A stretch of 64,000 nt of DNA, taken from the NCBI RefSeq assembly GCF_964188315.1, contig NC_135661.1:81778001-81842000 (forward strand). The letters are read 5' to 3'. Below are positions 1 to 11,611 of this stretch, piece by piece (the first letter of the stretch is position 1; each line of letters opens with the position of its first letter). The notes beneath the pieces were generated by a model. That model was not told the DNA's origin and did not search any database. It saw nothing but the letters and a program-made list of their open reading frames with translations. The translations under genes and the position numbers were made by a program. This DNA comes from Podarcis muralis. Lineage: Eukaryota.

Positions 1-329
1 ATTTTCATGAGGAATTTCCCTTTTCTTTCTTCCCCCCTCAGCATTAATCCTTTAGTCACACAAGATGCAATTCCAAGGATTTCTGCCTGGCCCTTCCAGG
101 AGGAGTTTCCTTTGTGTCTCTGTCTCAGTATCCGCAAGTCTTTCCCAGCGTGAGAGTCCCTTGGGGACCAAGGCTGCTTCCTTTGTTCAGAACAAGGACT
201 AGGATTTCCAGAAGGACCTGCCCTGCATTTACTCAGCACCATCTGAAAGGAAGAGATCGGATCAGGGAAGAGGCTTGAGGGCCCAGGAGAGGCCTCAGCA
301 GCGGAGAGGAACTTGCTGGGTCCATGTCT

Positions 330-377
330 TTATCTCTTTATCTCTTCGTAGACGGAAGGGCTTCTGGGCTGCAAGGT
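330..377 (-). CDS. Gene A exon 7 (cyt3) TLQPRSPSVYEEIKR*
   Basis: Acceptor TTTTCTCTTTAG|; completes the ITAM; TAA at 332-330. Confidence 0.85.
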   Translation of the reverse strand, partial: TLQPRSPSVYEEIKR

Positions 378-3300
378 CTAAAGAGAAAATGGAGATGGTC
401 AGGTGGAAGCCACAGAGTCAAATCCATCTTTGCTTTCATTTGTTTTCCTGGCCAGCGTAAGAATACATTTATATTCTTGGAATGGGACGCGGGTGGCGCT
501 GTGGGTTAAACCACAGAGCCTAGGACTTGCCAATCAGAAGGTCGGAAGTTCGAATCCCCGTGACGGGGTGAGCTCCCGTTGCTCGGTCCCTGCTCCTGGC
601 AACCTAGCAGTTCGAAAGCATGTCAAAGTGCAAGTAGATAAATAGATACCACTCCGGCGGGAAGGTAAACGGCGTTTCCGTGCACTGCTCTGGTTGCAAG
701 AAGCGGCTTAGTCATGCTGGCCACATGACCCGGAAGCTGTATGCAGGCTCCCTCGGCCAATATGAGGGAGATGAGTGCCGCAACCCCAGAGTCGGCCGCG
801 ACTGGACTTAATGGTCAGGGGTCCCTTTTTATTCTTGGAAGCAGCACAACTTGTAAGAAGAGAAGGAAATCAGAGCAAGTATCTTGAAGGCTTAAGGTCT
901 ATACTTTCAGGGAACTTGGGCGTCCTCTGCCTGGAATTTGGATAATTAGGAATACAGGGCATGCCACTGTGAATTTAACGCGAAGGAAGGATTTCAGGTC
1001 CAGTTCCCGAAGGGCTTCTTTTGCAGTGTGAGCAGAGAAAAGCTTCATTTGCTGAAACACCCATTTCCACCTGACTCTACAACCCTTCAGGAGACTTGCA
1101 CACCTTTGCATCTGGCCATCTAGGTGTATACATTTCTGTTCTGGAGGGAGAAATCCCTGCTTGAAATCTGGGAGAGCAGCTACCATTCAATGTAGGCTTT
1201 ACTCGGCTTGAGAGATTAAAGGGGTGACTTGGTATTCGGCCACTTTCTGTGTTCTGTTGGGTAGGTACATGAGGAAGACAATTGCCCATCAGGCCCTAAA
1301 ATGTACGAGGCCATCTTAAGGCCAGCTTTCTGAGTTGTGTCTGTAACCCTGGGTGTGAGAGCCGCTGGTCGGCTCTTGTTAATACAGTGGTACCTTGGTT
1401 CTCAAACCAAAGTCTGTTCCCAAACCAAAGCGTTCCAAAACAAAGGCACGCTTTCCCATAGTAAGTAATGCAAAATGGATTAAGACATTCCAGACTTTAC
1501 AAACAACCCCATTAAACAACAATTTAACATGAATTTTACTATCTAACGAGACCATTGATCCATAAAATGAAAGCAATGAACAATGCACTACAGTCACATA
1601 ATCAGTAGCTGAACTGTGTTCCACAGTCACCAAAACAAAACAAAAGAGCCGCAAAATTAAAAACGCAAAATAAATAGTAAAAACAGACAGACCTCAGCAT
1701 AACACTCAAAACGGAAGTGTGGCACTCAAATCAGAAGTGTAACACTCAAAACGGAGCATATTTGGCTTCCGAAAAACATTCGTAAACCAGAACACTTACT
1801 TCTGGGTTTGCAGTGTTTGGGTTCCAACTTGCTTGAGTACCAAGGCGTTTGAGAACCAAGGCACCACTGTAACAGATATTTTGTCATATTTGGCATTTCC
1901 AAACATTCTGAAGCACAAAGGACTCACCTCATATGTGTTGGCAGCGCTGGAGGAATTTTCAGGATGAACCTGGGTCAACGACAAAAATATGTTGAAGGTA
2001 GCACTTTACTGTAGCCCTGATGCCGAGTTCTTGCAGTGTGTCAGTGCAGAATTCTGAGAATTCTATTTTGATTATTATGGCCAGTTTCAAATCTGTGGCC
2101 AGCTGAACTTGGCCAGTTCCATTTTCTTAAGACCCACATTTAGGGGCACCTTAGCAGACGCTGAAACAGGGAGTGTTTTTCTGAAAACAAAAAGTTCTGT
2201 TTTTTGTTTTGTTTTTTAAACCCACTTTTCTTTCGCATCTTTGTGACTTAATTTGTCATTCCTTTCTGTGCTCCGCTGTTTAAATCCTCTGGATCATGGA
2301 AATGGCACCGCTCATCTGCTCTCAAGGTCAGCTAAGTTAGCACTGAAGCAAAAAATAAATGTTAAACAGCATGCAAAAGCGGGAAAAGCTTGAGGGTGCC
2401 TCTTAACCCACAATACTTAGTACTCTAAATAGGTCAAATCATGTTTTTTCACATGGCCAGAGACCTGGTGCCAAATTCAACTGCAGTCACTAATAATAAT
2501 AATAATAAACCGCTCATCTGCTCTCAAGGTCAGCTAAGTTAGCACTGACGTAAAAAATAAATGTTAAACAGCATGCTATTGTGGGCAATAGGGTTTTTTT
2601 TTTTTAAAAAAAACTTATTGAATTTCCCCTGAAAAGAGGAAACCCAGCTCAAAGGGGTCTGGGGTGGAGATGGCATGGCATTTAGATGCTGTTGGTGGCT
2701 GGTGGATGCCATGCTTGAGGTGGCCCCATCTCACCCCAAACGACCATCTGGAGGCCCCCTGAGTCACTCACCTGTCCAGCTGGAAGAACGTTCTCATATA
2801 TTTGAGGGGTGGATACAACCTGGGTGGAAGTTTTGCCATTTCGACGACAGACACCTGGAGGAGGGAGAAGTCTGGGAATAAACTCGTAATGTGGACCTCA
2901 TATCCTACAACAGACCTTACAAATCTACCCCCGAGAGCAGGGTAGCATCAAGCAAACTGCAGCAAGACCATTTCTTGATGCTTTTTAAGAAGCATTTGTT
3001 TGAGTCTTGTCGTTAGCAAGAAGGAGAACTGAAGGTTATTGATATTGATTGATTGCGTCCTATCCCACCCTGTTCTCCAAGGAGCTCAGGGTGGTCCACA
3101 CAGTTCTGCTGCTCTGCATTTCAGCCTCACAACAACCCTGTGAGGTAGGTTAGGCTGAGAAGCAACAACTGTTCCAAGGTCCTTTGTGGCCAAGTGGGGA
3201 TTCAAACCCTGGTCTCCAGGTTCCCAGTATGACACTCTATCCATGACACCGTTTCTTACACCAGTGTGCTGTAGTGGTTAAGAGTGGTGGACTCGTAATC

Positions 3301-5170
3301 TGGTGAACCGGGTTTGCTTCCCCGCTCCTCCGCATGCAGCTGCTGGGTGACCTTGGGCCAGTCACACTTCTCTGAAGTCTCTCAGCCTCACTCACCTCAC
3401 AGAGTGTTTGTTGTGGGGGAGGAAGGGAAAAGGAGATTGTTAGCCGCTTTGAGACTCCTTCGGGTAGTGATAAAGCGGGATATCAAATCCAAACTCTTCT
3501 TACACAGGCACACATGCTAGTCCCCCAACAGCTTACAGCCTAAAGGAGGTGACTCATTTAAATGTCAGTGCACTATGCCAATCATTTGGGGTTCCTTTTC
3601 CAGTCAGCAGAGTCACCCAGAAAGTCTTCTTGGAGTTCAGCTCATGTGTTGGTGAATTCCCACGTGGGAATAAACACCTCACCCATTTCACTTCAGCTTA
3701 TTGCAGAATTAAAATTGCAATTTATAAAACTATTGGTCTAAGGGAAATAAAGTAAAACTATATACAGCGAATCATCTCTCCTCTCTTCACTAGAGTGTGT
3801 GAGTTGGGACCATTGGTGTAGTAGGAGATTAGCAGCTCAACTTAACGATGCTAGTTGGCATGAGAAGGGGTTAAGACCACAGAGCTGTATTCCTGATAGG
3901 CAGACCATAGAGATGTACTTGGGAGAGAGGGCTCTGTGTGATTTCATTTCCCCACCTCCCCACCCCTCTTCCTTCAACCAGCAATGAGGGCTCCGCTTGC
4001 TCCAGCTCGTACACATGTCTGAGGCTGTTTTTACTGTAAATATAAGTATTTTACCTGCATAGTTTGTTTACTGCTGCTGTTGCAGAGAACCGATGCATGA
4101 CTATAGGTAAGTAAATCATATTTTAAACTTACTTCCAAGTCTGTTGCCTGATTCTTTGTCAAGAAAGGTAAGCAAGGGGGACACAGCTTACGTTGTAGCT
4201 GGGCTTTATCCAAAGAAGGCTTCACAATTCTTATGCTTTAATTTTCTGCTAAGGATGGGATCTTAAACTCTGTTCAGCTTGTGCAAGTGGGTGCCTGGAG
4301 GTAAGGTAAAGGTAAAGGGACCCCTGACCATTAGGTCCAGTCGCGGATGACTCTGGGGTTGCAGTGCTCATCTCGCTTTATTGGCCGAGGGAGCCGGCGT
4401 AAAGGTTCCGGGTCATGTGGCCAGCATGACTAAGCCGCTTCTGGCGAACCAGAGCAGCGCACGGAAACGCTGTTTACCTTCCCGCCGGAGCGGTACCTAT
4501 TTATCTATTTGCACTTTGATGTGCTTGTGAACTGCTATGTTGGCAGGAGCAGGGACCGAGCAACGGGAGCTCATCCTGTTGCGGGGATTCGAACTGCCAC
4601 CCTTCAGATTGGCAAGCCCTAGGCTCTGTGGTTTAACCCACAGCGCCACCCGCGTCCCTGCCTGGAGGTATAAATTGCAATTCATATATCCTCTCCTAAC
4701 TAGTAAAACTCATCCCACAGTTGATAGCACCATGTTGAGAGCATCCTGCAGTCCACGGCCAGCTCTGGTTTTACTCACGGAGAAAGATGTAAGTCAGTGT
4801 TCCCACTAGCACCAATATCACAGCCAGGGACCCGATAACAGTCCCAGCGAGGACTCCAGCAGAACCAGAAGAGGAAGAAGAAGAACCATCTGAAGAATCT
4901 GAAGAGCAAAGGACTTTTTATCCAAGATTTTGCATTAAATGTTGACCATAATCTAGCCTCTCATCTCTCCCTCTAAAAGCACTAAAGGAAGGAAAGTCAA
5001 TATTTTAGAATTACCCGGCTTTGGGGGCAGAGAGGCAGCAGCATGTAATGTCCAGAAATGGATGCAGCTCTTCCTGGCTCACATAAGGTTGGCTAGAAAA
5101 TAAGCCAAGGTGTTGCTCTCCAAAAGGTGAGAAATAGTTCTTCCCCAAACTCAGTGCCCAGTCTAGTGAT

Positions 5171-5229
<59 letters not shown>

Positions 5230-8200
5230 GAATGTTTTTTATTAAAGATTTTCTTGGTTTATGAAAGAACATGCATTGTCTCTTTTTTCACGTTGTAGAG
5301 TCTTTTTTATCACCTGATGTGAGACACTGGTGCTGCACAAAACCCAACATACACCCTACATATTACCACCCAACCCCCTCTCCCCACCTCCTTCTTCCCC
5401 AGTCTAGCGATATTCTTTGATCCTTCCAGCTCCACCAAGCTTTTCTCCCACACTCAGCTATGTGGGCCGCATAACAAGCTATTGTTACGATAGGCCCTTT
5501 GAGCATTGAAAACAGCTGTCCCATACGTGTCAACATTTCTCTGATGAAACATCGTAATCTACCTCCACACATAAAGCGATAGGGAGTTAGAAACCACTAG
5601 CGTGGAGAGCAGAGTCAGGAGGAAAGGTGTTCCTGGTTTATTAGTGGATTACTCACATGCCATAGTTATCTTACTGGGGTTGCTTGTAGCATTACTGACA
5701 GGGTTGACTGCCTGACACATATAGATCCCTTCATCCTCTTTGGCGATGCCAGTTAACATGAGGGTTCGGTTCCAGTCAGAAAGCCCAGTATTAGATGGGA
5801 CAGGATTACCATCCTTGAACCAAAGGATGGAGACGTCAAAGTGGTCAGAGGTGTTGCAGTGTAAGGTGACAGTTGTGTTCTCTGCCACTAGGGATTCTGT
5901 CGGCCGCAGGACCGGGTTGGAGAGGATTTCTGCAGACAAAACAGAAAGACAGTCATCATTTGTGTGTCCTCATGGTCACTGAATCTGGTTATAGTCTCTT
6001 TAAGAGAAGCCATCAAAGAAAGCCACTTTGAGCCACTGACATGTGTTGTTGTTGTTGTTTAGTCGTTTAGTTTTGTCCGACTCTTCGTGACCCCATGGAC
6101 CAGAGCACGCCAGGCACTCCTGTTTTCCACTGCCTCCTGCAGTTTGGTCAAACTCATGCTGGTCGCTTCGAGAACACTGTCCAACCATCTCATCCTCTGT
6201 CGTCCCCTTCTCCTTGTGCCCTCCATCTTTCCCAGCATCAGGGTCTTTTCCAGGGAGTCTTCTCTTCTCATGAGGTGGCCAAAGTATTGGCGCCTCAGCT
6301 TCAGGATCTGTCCTTCCAGTGAGCACTCAGGGCTGTTTTCCTTCAGAATGGATAGGTTTGATCTTCTTGCAGTCCATGGGACTCTCAAGAGTCTCCTCCA
6401 ACACCATATGTTGGTGCATATTAATTGGTTTAAAAATGCTTTTAAATGAATATAATTCCCCCTCCCCCCAAAAAACCCCTCAAACATTTCCCCATTGAAA
6501 AGCTAAAAAGGCAGTTGCAAGACTAGCATATTCTGATATAGTTTTCTGGTGAAAAAATGAATAATTTTGTAGGGCCTCATTCTTGGGGCAGAGGAATTGT
6601 GTTTAGGACAAATTAATGAGCCCCCCCACCAAGGGGGAAGGCACAGAACTCTCCACCTCAGAGCTCAGCAGAGGAGATAGATTTGGGTGCATAAGAAGTA
6701 AGAATGACTGGAGAGCAAGTTAACATACCTGAAACGGTGATGTTTGTATCCCCTGTGTTGGTAACCCCAGGACCTTCTGGTTTAAATGTATAGATTCCAG
6801 AGTCATCTGGCTTTAAATCTGTGATGTAAAGGGAGCAATCTGGCTTCACAGTTTCCCTGCCAGTGTAGGCAGGTCCCCCGATCTGACCACTATATGGAGG
6901 TCTGAAAAATGAAATAATTATGTTTCTTTCTTCAACTGCCCCTCTGTACCATTTGCAGCTGCCAACATTCTTCAGATCAAGACCTTCTGGTGTTAAGGTG
7001 ACACTATCTCCTTCTTTCAGCACTTCTGGAACAACTCTGATACTTATTCCAGTTGTCTCCTGGGCTCGAGTCAACAGGAAGCAGGAACTCAGGACGGAGG
7101 CTGCAGTGTGGAGAAGGAAACGAAAGACATGTTCTGCTAAAGAAGAAGAAAAAAGGCTTCCAACCTCTGCTGAAATGTCACGGCACACTCTAAATATCCC
7201 AGTTCCTAACAGTGTTTCCGCCCAAGAGCTGTCCTGCAAACACCAAGTGTAGCCCTTACTTTATTGAGCAAGCAAGAAGGCAGTTCTTTTCCTGGCAGCT
7301 CAGCCTCAGCCTTCTTCCGGGGCAGACATGAAGAAAGGGGAAGCGCTCTTGCATTTCCCCTTCCAGGACCCTCCCATGTTTCTAGCTAAGCAAACATTAA
7401 CATAAAGGGGTCCAGTGAAGGAGGTCTGGGCATCTGTCTGTGTTTACCTCCTTCAGGGACTGAGGATGATTCCTTTCTTTTCTTTATAATTTTTCATTTT
7501 TAACAAATGAACATAATAATCTGATTTATAAATCCTTTATGTGCTTTCACCATACCACAAATACACATGCCAGCCAAATGTATTATCATGACATTCCAAG
7601 TCTTTAATATGTGGATTCTTCAGTGACAACCATTCCTTCAACCAGCACAGACAGGAAGCTTCATAATATAATCTCATATCCGACAGGGAGAAACCTCTTC
7701 TCTCTTTCTCATCTATCAATATTTTATATTTTACTCTTGGTTTTTTCCCTTTTTTCCCTTGCCAGGTACCTTTTCGCCATTTATTTCAATAATTTCAATC
7801 TGTCTTGCCGGTATTGATTGAAACAAAAATAACATTCATTTTAATAAATGATTCCTTTCTTCACACAAAGTGCTCACTGGGCACTAAGAATCCTTCTACG
7901 ATTTTTCTTTTTAAAAAAATTCCCCCAGGGATCCAGCCTGCTCCTTAAGTACTACCTCTCTACCTCCTCCAGAGCTGCTTGTCTAGAAGGGTCTGAGGCA
8001 TTGTCAAAGTCATCATGTAACCATACCCTCCAACATTTCTCCAATGAATATGGGGACATCCAAAGGAAAAGCAGGATATGCCAGGCTCAAATCAGAAACT
8101 GGCTTCTGTAAATCGGAGACTGTATCTGGAAAACAGGGACACCTGGAGGGTCTATATGTAACTCCATCTGCAGTCTTTCAGAACACTTACCAGAAACCCC

Positions 8201-9218
8201 TGTGGAAATGGGGGCCTGATTCTGCGTCCAAGTAGGCAGGAAACAGAGGGTGAAGAGGTGCGGCCCTTAGTGGGACTTGCCAATTTTGCATTTCAATGCA
8301 AGTTTAAGTACATATTTAAAATGCATTTTCTTGCAAATTAACACAATGGTCTAGTTTGAATTCCTGAGAAGGACACCACAACATGGAGGAGCATGAAATC
8401 TGGTAGTGAGTGAGGTTTAGACCTCTGCATTAGTCTGAGAGCTGCAGATCTATATTAGAACTAAAAGACCAAATTCCTCCAGCATCCCCATCCTACCCCC
8501 CAAGCTCAGCTGCATGTAACTCCAACTGCTTCCCTCCAGTGCTCTTACCAGCAACCCCTTTGGAAATGGGGTCCGGAGTCTGCATCCTAGTAAGTAGGAA
8601 ACCAAGGGTGTAACAGGGTGGTCCCTAGCATATAAATACATGTTTTAAAAGTTATTTTCATTCAAAACAACACCTTCCTCTAATTTGAATTCTTGAGAAC
8701 TGCACCACAACATTTGGAGAAGTATGAAATCGGGTGCAGAGTTAGGTTTCGACATCTGCATTAGTGGGAGAGATACTGTTGTTTAGTCATTTAGTCGTGC
8801 CCGACTCTTCGTTACCCCATGGACCAGGGCATGCCAGGCACTCCTGTCTTCCACTGCCTCCCGCAGTTTGGTCAAACTCATGCTGGTAGCTTCGAGAACA
8901 CTGTCCAACCATCTCGTCCTCTGTTGTCCCCTTCTCCATGTGCCCTCCATCTTTCCCAACATCAGGGTCTTTTCCAGGGAGTCTTCTCTTCTCTTAAGGG
9001 GATGGCCAAAGTATTGGAGCCTCAGCTTCACGTTCTGTCCTTCCAGTGAGCACTCAGGCTGGGAGAGATACATATCTGTGCTAAAAGACCAAATTCCTCC
9101 AGCATCCTCAACTCCCCCCAAGTAAGTCCTCCCCATTGCAGGGTGCTGATCTCTCACCTGCTAAGGGCAGCATCTTCCAGGAGACCTTCCAGCCATGGGA
9201 TCTGCGTGGCCTGTCCAT
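330..9218 (-). CDS. Gene A: CEACAM-like ITAM receptor, 7 exons (L-N-A-TM-cyt1-cyt2-cyt3), 332 aa
   Basis: Exons 9158-9218, 6729-7100, 5657-5929, 4779-4898, 2772-2854, 1928-1969, 330-377; all GT-AG, phases 1,1,1,1,0,0; 999 nt open frame ending TAA. CEACAM hallmarks: leader split as MLPLA|ASVLSSCF, IgV without B-F disulfide, IgC with LSDWNRTL and CQAVNPVS. Confidence 0.88.
484..829 (+). mobile_element. Sauria (Squam1) SINE, present only in duplicate copy 1
   Basis: GGGACGCGGGTGGCGCTGTGGGTTAAACC head; TSD ATTCTTGGAA; empty site in copy 2 (~11720). Confidence 0.9.
1385..1869. mobile_element. TcMar/Tigger-like MITE (duplicate at 12483-12933)
   Basis: TA|CAGTGGTACCTTGGTTCTC...GAGAACCAAGGCACCACTG|TA. 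Confidence 0.85.
1928..1969 (-). CDS. Gene A exon 6 (cyt2) VHPENSSSAANTYE
   Basis: Acceptor GACCCAG|, donor GAG|GTGAGT; 42 nt, phase 0-0. Confidence 0.85.
2772..2854 (-). CDS. Gene A exon 5 (cyt1) RVCRRNGKTSTQVVSTPQIYENVLPAGQ
   Basis: Acceptor CCTCCTCCAG|, donor CAG|GTGAGT; basic stop-transfer residues; 83 nt. Confidence 0.87.
3260..3500 (+). mobile_element. tRNA-derived SINE (Squam2-like); duplicate at ~14620-14850
   Basis: TGTAGTGGTTAAGAG A-box head, GCTGGGTGACCTTGGGCCAGTCAC core, (CTT)n tail. Family name tentative. Confidence 0.75.
4300..4658 (-). mobile_element. Sauria SINE (duplicate at ~15673-16026)
   Basis: Full head and (ACCTTT)n tail; TSD TGCCTGGAG. Confidence 0.9.
4779..4898 (-). 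CDS. Gene A exon 4 (Ser-rich stalk + TM)
   Basis: Acceptor CTCTTCAG|AT, donor C|GTGAGT, 120 nt; YSSDGSSSSSSGSAGVLAGTVIGSLAVILVLVGTLTYIFL. Confidence 0.9.
5170..5230. repeat. (TTTC)n microsatellite (longer paralog at ~16540-16620)
   Basis: Direct reading. Confidence 0.95.
5657..5929 (-). CDS. Gene A exon 3 (IgC, A-type domain)
   Basis: Acceptor TCTGCAG|AA, donor T|GTGAGT, 273 nt; VTLHC...LWFKDG...EDEGIYMC. Confidence 0.93.
6043..6405 (-). mobile_element. Bov-B LINE 3' fragment (shared with duplicate at ~17375-17730)
   Basis: WCWRRLLRVPWTARRSNLSIL...HGVTKSR; (CAA)n tail. Confidence 0.9.
6729..7100 (-). CDS. Gene A exon 2 (signal end + IgV N domain)
   Basis: Acceptor CACACTGCAG|CC, donor CAG|GTATG, 372 nt; ...CKWYRG...YTGRETVKPDCSLYITDLKPDDSGIYT. 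Confidence 0.93.
8778..9060 (-). mobile_element. Bov-B LINE 3' fragment (shared with duplicate at ~20122-20405)
   Basis: ECSLEGQ.LKLRLQYFGH...REDSLEKTLMLGK. Confidence 0.88.
9158..9218 (-). CDS. Gene A exon 1 (leader) MDRPRRSHGWKVSWKMLPLA
   Basis: Strong Kozak ACAAGATGG; 61 nt; donor GCAG|GTGAGA, phase 1. Confidence 0.85.
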
Positions 9219-9229
9219 CTTGTAGGTGC

Positions 9230-9237
9230 ACTTCCTG
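9230..9237 (-). promoter_or_regulatory. ETS-type motif CAGGAAGT 12 nt upstream of gene A ATG (also 20576-20583 for B, AGGAAGT 36689-36695 for C)
   Basis: Positional conservation in three paralogs; function inferred only. Confidence 0.4.
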
Positions 9238-10421
9238 GAGGATTGATTTGGCTCTCTGTCCCTTGACAGCTCGTGCTCTGGGGTCTTTCTCTGCTCCTAG
9301 CCTAGTATCTGCTTCCAGCACCACTGCCGGCTCCGAGTTAGTCTCTGATCAGAGAAACAGGAACTTGGCTGCTGAACTTTCAGCACTGGGTTTCCCCCAA
9401 AGGGTTGGAAATCATCCAAACAAAGCTCTTTCATTAACTTCCTCTTATCCCCTTACTAGCCAATCCAATCCCTGAACTATTTGCTCAAATACAACTCAGC
9501 AGCACCCGCCTCAAAAAAACGACAGCAATGATGCAGTGCGGGTTGCAAGAGTACAAAGAGGGAGACTGAAACCGAGAGTTGAGTTCTTGCTGCAACCTTT
9601 GAACAATTATAGCAACACAATTCTCTCTTTGTTTTCCAGCATTTTTCCTCATCGTCCAAGACTTGTGGTTGATGTGGAGCAAGAGAGGAGGTCACTACCA
9701 CCATTGAGACTTGTGTTTTGGTACCAAAATAAGGCCTTTCTATCCCTTTCACCACCTCCTTTCTCTCTCTGTCTTCCATTGCTCTGTTCCTCCTGATAGA
9801 GTTCCTATGTCTCTTGCATGTGCACACCCCCTGGGTACGATTTGGATGTCCTCTCAAATGACTAAAATGGACCAGCTACTCCTTGGGTCTTTCTTCCCCA
9901 TTTCTGCACATGTGTGATGTTGAGATCCTGTAGACCAGGGTGGTTCAACTTTTCATAGCAAGTGGCCCGCAAGAAGACATTGGCAAGGAACCCACAGTGT
10001 GCACACTGCCTTGTCACATGGGGAAGGGGGTCGGGGGAAAGTGAGGCCAACATTTGATGGCCCTGCCCAGCCCTCACACTGCCTTCCTAAAGCCCCCCAA
10101 GTGAGGTGCTGGGCTTTGGGTGTGGGATGTGATCCATGAGAGGCAGTCAAGTACAACATTCCTTGTAATGCTAGAGAAGACATGCGAGGGAATGTTTGGT
10201 CCAGCCAGTCGAAACTTCCTGTTCCTCCTGGCTGGAGCATCCTTCCTTTTGCATGTGATAGACGGTGGGTGTGACCTAACCTGTCCAGGTAACAAAAGGA
10301 CGAGTCACACAGCACACCTCTCTCTTTTTGACCAGCTTTTAGCTAGAACTGCTATGCTAGCTCTCAGCTAGCAGAAGCACTGGGATTATTCCCCCATATG
10401 GGGTAGATCCACATGTACATA

Positions 10422-10647
10422 CAGTCATACCTCTTGTTATGTTAGGTTCAGGTTATGTTCTTTCAGGATACGTACCGTGGTGACCCGGAAGTAACGGGTG
10501 ACTTCTGGGTTTCACTGCTCGTGCATGCGCAGACGCTCAAAATGATGTCACACGCATGCGCAGAAGCGGCGAATTGCGACCCGCACATACGCAGATGTGG
10601 GTTGCGTTCTCCCGAATGGATCCCGTTCGCAACCAGAGGTACCAGTG
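10422..10647. mobile_element. TcMar-like MITE (duplicate 21963-22193; relative 24892-25151)
   Basis: TA|CAGTCATACCTC...GAGGTACCAGTG|TA. Confidence 0.8.
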
Positions 10648-11563
10648 TATTTGTAACTAAGTTTGCCTTCAGGAATCCAACTGTGAACTGATGTGAGTAA
10701 ACGTCTTTTATTGATTTTGAATAAGATTCAATCTGAGACAGATTGAATTGTATAATAGTGTGAGGCACACACGAGCCTGCAACCAGCTATCTGCTGTGCA
10801 TGAAAAGGGGAATGTAACTCTGCTACATAAGCGCAAGTTAGGAAGGATATTAATAAACAATATATCCTCTCCTGCCACTCTGAACATTCCCACATTGGGA
10901 AGGAGGCACGAGGCTCTGGCAGGGTCCTGGCATCCTTCCACCCACCCCACCCTCTCTCTCTCTCTAACATTTTTTAAATTCATTTTCACTTTTAACATTC
11001 ATCATCATACATAAATCACAATCATTTTACAAATAGGATTCTCATAATCCCCAAACTTCCCTCCATGGTTTCCCTAGATATTCTTTTCAAACTGCTTCGT
11101 ATCATATTCTCCTTATTTACCTAAAACTCAAATTTTTATCATAGTTTTCTCTTCAGTGTTTTCAAAATCCTGCTAATACTTTCAATTGTTCACAGTGTTC
11201 TTTCAAGTAACTTTTTTTAAAAAAATCCCCATTCTTTGTTAAATTTATGGTCTTCTTGGCCTCTGATTTTCCTGTCATTTTGGCCAATTTAGCATAGTCC
11301 ATCATCTTTATCCGCCATTCTTCTTCCGTTCCAGGAGGAGTTTCCTTTGTGTCTCTGTCTCAGTATCCGCAAGTCTTTCCCAGTGTGAGAGTCCTTGGGG
11401 ACCAAGGCTGCTTCCTTTCTTCAGAACAAGGACTGGGATTTCCAGAAGGACCTGCCCTGAATTTACTCAGCACCATCTGAAAGGAAGAGATCAGATCAGG
11501 AAAGAGGCTTGAGGGCCCAGGAGAGGCCTCAGCAGCAGAGAGGAAGTTGCTGGGTCCATGTCT

Positions 11564-11611
11564 TTATCTCTTTATCTCTTCGTAGACAGAAGGGCTTCTG
11601 GGCTGCAAGGT
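11564..11611 (-). CDS. Gene B exon 7 (cyt3) TLQPRSPSVYEEIKR*
   Basis: Same acceptor and stop as gene A exon 7. Confidence 0.85.
   Translation of the reverse strand, partial: TLQPRSPSVYEEIKR

Noticed and set aside
2308-2577. Local ~70-bp direct repeat in gene A intron 5
   Set aside because: Real but a small local duplication separated by an (AAT)n run; no coding or regulatory evidence.
4055-4100. Extra cytoplasmic exon of gene A (CTATAG|...CAG|GTAAAA)
   Set aside because: Weak polypyrimidine tract, and inclusion (46 nt) would break the phase chain leading to the ITAM.
5657-7100. Assignment to SLAM/CD2 family or to a specific CEACAM ortholog number
   Set aside because: The IgC has a single disulfide and an LS.xNRTL motif, and the leader split and GAIAG-type TM fit CEACAM better than SLAM; one-to-one orthology cannot be assigned without a phylogeny, so no gene symbol is given.
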